24,000 bases of DNA from an uncultured Luteibacter sp. (GTDB lineage: Bacteria; Pseudomonadota; Gammaproteobacteria; Xanthomonadales; Rhodanobacteraceae): contig CBIGPO010000005.1 in the NCBI GenBank assembly GCA_966191635.1, forward strand, positions 54,199 to 78,198, in the 5' to 3' direction. The position numbers and the translations under genes are program-made. Positions 17,245 through 24,000 of the stretch are shown one piece after another (position 1 is the stretch's first letter; the number at the start of each line of letters is the position of its first letter). The notes beneath the pieces were generated by a model. That model saw nothing but the letters and a program-made list of their open reading frames with translations. It made no database searches and had not been told where the DNA came from.

Positions 17245-17654
17245 GGACAAAGCGATCGCTTGAAGCAATTTTCGCTCAATGGGACGAGTTCCAGAAGGTC
17301 TCTGGGATCTGCCACATCGCAAATGATCGGGACTATGACAAAGTCGTCGGCCTGACGGACGCACTCGTAGACGACGGCGCGATGGAATCCCATCACCCTC
17401 AACATTCGTTGTACTTGGTGCTGGCGGATCTTATCTACGCCTACGACCAGCAACACTATCCGCAGGCCAAAGTGCACGGTACGGACCTTCTGCGCTTTCT
17501 CATGGATCAACATGGGCTGCGACAAAACCAGCTGCCGGAGGTCGGCACGCAAAGCGTCGTCTCCGAAATTCTTGCCGGCAAACGCGAACTTACGACGAGT
17601 CACATCCGCGCTTTGTCGAAGCGCTTTGCGCTGAGCCCGGCAGCGTTTTTCTAA
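17241..17654 (+). CDS. higA: HigA-family antitoxin with C-terminal Xre-like HTH
   Basis: Start at ATG 17241 overlapping the higB stop (ATGA); DLLRFLMDQHGLRQNQLPEVGTQSVVSEILAGKRELTTSHIRALSKRFALSPAAFF. Confidence 0.92.
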   Translation: MRTKRSLEAIFAQWDEFQKVSGICHIANDRDYDKVVGLTDALVDDGAMESHHPQHSLYLVLADLIYAYDQQHYPQAKVHGTDLLRFLMDQHGLRQNQLPEVGTQSVVSEILAGKRELTTSHIRALSKRFALSPAAFF

Positions 17655-17728
17655 GACGTGCCCACGTCAGCCCGATCGCGCACCAGATCGACTAAGACGC
17701 GGAGCCCCGCCGTCAACGGCTAGCAAAG

Positions 17729-17756
17729 CGGCTCCGCCGCCACATGCGGGGAGCCG
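17729..17756 (-). terminator. Candidate terminator after the cytolysin-like gene
   Basis: Minus strand CGGCTCCCCGC-atgtg-GCGGCGGAGCCG followed by ctttgct; one bulge. Confidence 0.5.
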
Positions 17757-17773
17757 TACTCTGCCGTCAAAAA

Positions 17774-19738
17774 CTACAGCCCCGGGCGTACCACCTCGAT
17801 GCGCCAACGCTGGTCGTCGGAGACACGCGGGAATCCTGCGTACTCCGGGCCCACATCGAGTGTCCGGCTACCTGCAGGGCCCATGATGTGGTCGATACCC
17901 GCACGTGGCGCCGAGGGATAATTTGTCCAGGGTTCCAGCGCACTTGCGTAGGGGTTTACCGGGAAATCCGGGAAGCGTGCTTCGGGTGCCGCGTAACGCA
18001 CCTGCCCGCCCTCGACATACAAGCGGTAACGCCCGTGATCGATCAGCGAATGCAGGCGGTCGGCACGCCACTGCCATTGCTTCTCGTACGTGATGTTTTC
18101 GCAGGATTCGGTAACGACAGAGTTGGTAGCCGGCTGTGCCGCGAGGCAACGACCGGACCCTCTGTTTACGTAGCGGCTGGCAGCATCGAAGCCCCACATC
18201 TGACTGCGGTCCTTGGCCACGCAGGCGACAAGATCGACCACGCCGAAATGGTCTCGCAGACACGATCCGGAGCCTGTCGCCGACCGGATCAGTACCGTTT
18301 TCTCCGGGGAGAGAAAGGGGTTGCTCAGATCGAAAACGAACTCCTTCGCCACGTCGCGCGGCACGCGCTCTCGCGAGTGCTTGACCTGCGTTCGATTCCA
18401 CCACCATTTCTTTCGGTCCAGGTCGTATCCAGCCGACACCGTCACGTACGCCAGGCCTGCATACGAGCCGGGCACCTTCCAGTGCGACATGGCCTTGAAG
18501 TTGATGTCGCGCATCATCGGGGTCATCTTGTCTTCGCTCAGGACCGGCAAGTCCGCCCCCCAACGTTTGACGAGCACGTTCTCGAGCTTCGGGGCAATGA
18601 GTACCTTCCATGCCACGGTTCCAGGCACGCCGGGCGTCGCATGGACCGAATAGTCTCTGAACGTCATAGACAGATTCGACTGCCACTTATGCTCGTAGCC
18701 GAACGACAGGTTCAAGGGCAGCTTCGCAGCGAGATTGTCATCGGCCTTGCCGGTATGACTGATCTCCGAACCCGTGGACCCACCTATCGTGAAGCCACGA
18801 ATCTCGGTGTCTGTCTGCGTGAACTCGGTGCGCCCGTCGGTCTCGGGAAAATGGGCGAGATAGGTCACGTCGGTATCCTCCGCGGTGAGCGTATGGCGGA
18901 AGCGGTATTCCAGCGGAAGATCGGCAGTCCACGCGTTCTTCCCGGTCGTCGAGCCGTCGCTCACGCCCTTGTTCGTGGGATTGACCGTCAGGCTTGAGGT
19001 GAGTGTGATCAGTTTGAAGTCTGAAGACAAAGTGCGACTGCGGACGAGGTCGACACGGGTCACACCGGCTATTTCACCCCGCGTGTCGACAAGATTCACG
19101 TCAATGTGCAGCCCAGGATCGACGCCCGCCGAATCCGGGTCGTCTGCCTCTACATCCGGCACGTTTTGGAAACGCGCGAAAGGAACGTCCGCGGATGGCA
19201 CCGGCTCGACCGACTCCACAAGGGCGTGAATGAGGGCCGACGTATCCGCATCGCTCTCCGGAGACGCAGCGAACACCTCAATGGCATCCCCGTCATTTCG
19301 CACAATCATGTCGCCCGACGTCGGGGCGATCCCGAACAGTTCGCTTACGTGCGCAAGGTCCTCCGGTGTCCGGGCATCCATGTGGACGAGTACAGGCGAA
19401 CCCTGGTCGAACAGGCGCCTGAGCGTCGCGGCCTGATCGGCCGCCAGCGGAAGAGAGGTGGCATCGACCATGGCAAGGAAGTGCCTCGAGGCCTCGGGAG
19501 CGAGCCGGTCGACCTCGACAGGCCGAACGACCGGAATGGCCGACGCCGATGACGGCTTGGTGTCATGCGGCAACGGGTCTGAGTGGTCACCGAATGCAAC
19601 GATGGCCGTCAGGGCGTCGGTAGCAATCGTCGAGTCTCTCGGCCTGTCGAGCGAGTGGGCCATGACCTGGGATGAAGTGGCGAGGGCAGCAACCACAGCG
19701 AGAGCGAGGGGCTTAGAAGAGAACGCGGGCATTTTCAT
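17774..19738 (-). CDS. Putative secreted beta-pore-forming cytolysin (leukocidin/VCC-like) with C-terminal beta-trefoil lectin-like domain
   Basis: 654 aa; signal peptide (MKMPAFSSKPLALAVVAALATSSQVMAHS); central ...TDTEIRGFTIGGSTG...LSFGYEHKW...GTVAWKVLIAP...SEDKMTPMMRDINFKAMSHWKVPGSYAGLAYVTVSAGYDLDR resembles the leukocidin core; tail GSCLRDHFGVVDLVACVAKDRSQMWGFD...GRCLA...CENITYEKQWQW resembles ricin-type repeats; AAGGAGG upstream. Confidence 0.7.
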   Translation of the reverse strand: MKMPAFSSKPLALAVVAALATSSQVMAHSLDRPRDSTIATDALTAIVAFGDHSDPLPHDTKPSSASAIPVVRPVEVDRLAPEASRHFLAMVDATSLPLAADQAATLRRLFDQGSPVLVHMDARTPEDLAHVSELFGIAPTSGDMIVRNDGDAIEVFAASPESDADTSALIHALVESVEPVPSADVPFARFQNVPDVEADDPDSAGVDPGLHIDVNLVDTRGEIAGVTRVDLVRSRTLSSDFKLITLTSSLTVNPTNKGVSDGSTTGKNAWTADLPLEYRFRHTLTAEDTDVTYLAHFPETDGRTEFTQTDTEIRGFTIGGSTGSEISHTGKADDNLAAKLPLNLSFGYEHKWQSNLSMTFRDYSVHATPGVPGTVAWKVLIAPKLENVLVKRWGADLPVLSEDKMTPMMRDINFKAMSHWKVPGSYAGLAYVTVSAGYDLDRKKWWWNRTQVKHSRERVPRDVAKEFVFDLSNPFLSPEKTVLIRSATGSGSCLRDHFGVVDLVACVAKDRSQMWGFDAASRYVNRGSGRCLAAQPATNSVVTESCENITYEKQWQWRADRLHSLIDHGRYRLYVEGGQVRYAAPEARFPDFPVNPYASALEPWTNYPSAPRAGIDHIMGPAGSRTLDVGPEYAGFPRVSDDQRWRIEVVRPGL

Positions 19739-20107
19739 GGGATCGGACCTCCTTGTTCGTAGTCCGGAACCGACGTTACGCTCGTCGAGGGCGTCGCGGC
19801 GGAGCCTGTCTGGCCTCGGCCCATCCTCGTTACGTTCCCTAAAACCGTCGTTTTGCCCCGCCCGAGGACACGATCACCGACGATGGCGACGCGCCCCCAC
19901 AAGTGTTGGGCGTGTACCTAGGTCAAGATCAGCCCGACACCTATACGACTTTCAGCCGTCCCCTGCGTTTTGGTACGGCATTCGCCTACGCTGCTTGCCG
20001 GAGGCGCATAGTCAGTGCGACGCCCCCATGCTCCGGCCGGACAATCAAGCACTTACCTGCGTTCAGGGACTACGTCGAAAATCGATCATCGCCCACCCCA
20101 GGGTTGT

Positions 20108-20113
20108 ATAATC
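20108..20113 (+). promoter_or_regulatory. -10 element (TATAAT) for the glycine riboswitch/gcvP transcript
   Basis: Perfect TATAAT 17 bp before the riboswitch; -35 weak. Confidence 0.6.
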
Positions 20114-20128
20114 CCGGTCAGTAACACC

Positions 20129-20297
20129 CGGTGGGAGAAGCGGAAGGACCCGCTGCCGAAGGCGCAACGCCCGTAATCGCTCAGGCCCCCATGACCACCG
20201 GCGTGCTTCATCACTCTGGAGAGACCGGTTAAATCCGGCGCCGAAGGTGCAAGAGGCCTACCCGCCTCCAAACTCTCAGGCAAAAGGACAGAGGGGC
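20129..20297 (+). promoter_or_regulatory. Tandem glycine riboswitch
   Basis: Aptamer 1 ggtgggagaagcgg...cgctgccgaaggcgcaa...ctcaggcccccatgaccacc; aptamer 2 ctctggagagaccgg...ccggcgccgaaggtgcaagaggcc...cctccaaactctcaggcaaaaggacagag; directly upstream of gcvP. Confidence 0.96.
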
Positions 20298-20342
20298 GCC
20301 CCACGTGCCGGCACGGCACGTTCTTTCGGATGCCTCCAAGTC

Positions 20343-23213
<2,871 letters not shown>

Positions 23214-23234
23214 GCCTCTGCGTCAATAAGAAAA

Positions 23235-23395
23235 TGTGGGAGCCGATTCATCGGCGATGCTCTGTGTAGGAGCCGATTCATCGGCGATTGGGTGCTCGCG
23301 GCACCTCGCTTCTTGTGGGAGCCGATTCATCGGCGATCCCGCGGCAGCGGGCCAGGTTCCCGCGAGCACCCATCGCCGCTGAAGCGGCTCCCACA
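23235..23395. repeat. Cluster of four REP-like units, two subtypes
   Basis: tgtgggagccgattcatcggcgat at 23235-23258 and 23314-23337, tgtaggagccgattcatcggcgat at 23265-23288, inverted atcgccgctgaagcggctcccaca at 23372-23395; flanking gggtgctcgcg (23290-23300) / cgcgagcaccc (23361-23371) also inverted. Confidence 0.92.
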
Positions 23396-23408
23396 GAAAG
23401 CGGCCTCC

Positions 23409-23444
23409 AAACCATACCCCGGCGAATCCGTCGGGGTATGGTTT
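23409..23444. terminator. Bidirectional rho-independent-like terminator
   Basis: AAACCATACCCC-ggcgaatccgtc-GGGGTATGGTTT, perfect 12-bp arms with A/T-rich ends on both strands. Confidence 0.8.
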
Positions 23445-23484
23445 GTCATAAACTGTTCGCCTAAGCTTTTCCAAGGCAACGCAC

Positions 23485-24000
23485 ATGACCCAGGAAACCC
23501 CGCGCGACGATAGCCTCCTCGGCCTGCTCAAGGGCGTCGAGGACTTCAGCCACAAGGTTTTCCCCGAGCCGGAAAACCGCAAGCTGTTCAGTGAGCTGGC
23601 CGAAGGCCAGACCCCCCATACCCTCTTCATCACCTGCGCGGACTCCCGCGTGGTGCCGGAGATGATCACCCAGACGCAGCCGGGCGAGCTATTCGTCTGC
23701 CGCAACATCGGCAACATCGTGCCGGGCTACGGCGAGATGCTCGGTGGCGTGTCTGCCGTGGTCGAGTACGCCGTGATGGTGCTCGGCGTGCAGCATGTCG
23801 TGGTCTGCGGGCATACGGACTGCGGCGCCATGAAGGGCCTGCTCAATCCGGACTCCACCAAGGACCTGCCCACGGTCGAAGCCTGGCTGCGCAATGCGCA
23901 GGCGGCCAAGAGCGCCGTGTTCGCGCGCAAGCTCGAGGGCGCCGAGGCCATGCAGGAGGTGATCGAGGAGAATGTGCGCCTCCAGCTCACCCACCTCCGC
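23485..24000 (+). CDS. Beta-class carbonic anhydrase, truncated by window end
   Basis: My translation of the unlisted open frame: MTQETPRDDSLLGLLKGVEDFSHKVFPE...LFITCADSRVVPEMITQTQPGELFVCRNIGNIV...VVCGHTDCGAMKGLL; CxDSR and HxxC zinc motifs. Confidence 0.97.
   Translation, partial: MTQETPRDDSLLGLLKGVEDFSHKVFPEPENRKLFSELAEGQTPHTLFITCADSRVVPEMITQTQPGELFVCRNIGNIVPGYGEMLGGVSAVVEYAVMVLGVQHVVVCGHTDCGAMKGLLNPDSTKDLPTVEAWLRNAQAAKSAVFARKLEGAEAMQEVIEENVRLQLTHLR

Noticed and set aside
17744-18997. 417-aa + strand ORF opposite the cytolysin-like gene
   Set aside because: The minus-strand frame has a signal peptide, RBS and coherent domain-like features; the plus ORF does not.
19458-20111. 217-aa + strand ORF
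   Set aside because: Overlaps the cytolysin N-terminus antisense, runs into the riboswitch promoter, and has unnatural composition.

Overview
GC-rich gammaproteobacterial chromosomal window; protein sequences and REP style suggest Xanthomonadales/Rhodanobacteraceae (inference only). The left part is conserved core: pstC(partial)-pstA-pstB-phoU on +, a Gdx/SugE guanidinium exporter on -, and the overlapping - strand set rnr-rlmB-small membrane protein. A tRNA-Leu(CAG) with a clear promoter and terminator follows. From ~7.8 to 17.7 kb there is a patchwork of small accessory genes: MORN-like, DHFR-like reductase, Asp/Glu racemase, pentapeptide repeat, NmrA-like, DUF6869-like, isochorismatase-like, second SMR pump, alpha/beta hydrolase, VOC, SDR + TetR, HigB/HigA. 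Next come a large secreted protein resembling leukocidin/VCC-type beta-pore-forming cytolysins with a lectin-like C-terminus (17774-19738, -), a glycine riboswitch with gcvP, and a beta-carbonic anhydrase running off the right edge. The best signals read directly from sequence are: (1) a guanidine-II (mini-ykkC) riboswitch before gdx with a readable Shine-Dalgarno-masking alternative hairpin; (2) a tandem glycine riboswitch before gcvP; (3) the putative pore-forming cytolysin; (4) duplicated perfect TetR-type operators around the SDR/TetR promoter; (5) a 25-bp perfect palindrome inside the promoter of higBA; (6) REP-like repeats in two subtypes that differ by a compensatory base-pair change; (7) a perfect 10-bp inverted repeat upstream of rnr. 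No CRISPR array, transposase, phage module or multi-gene defence island was recognised.
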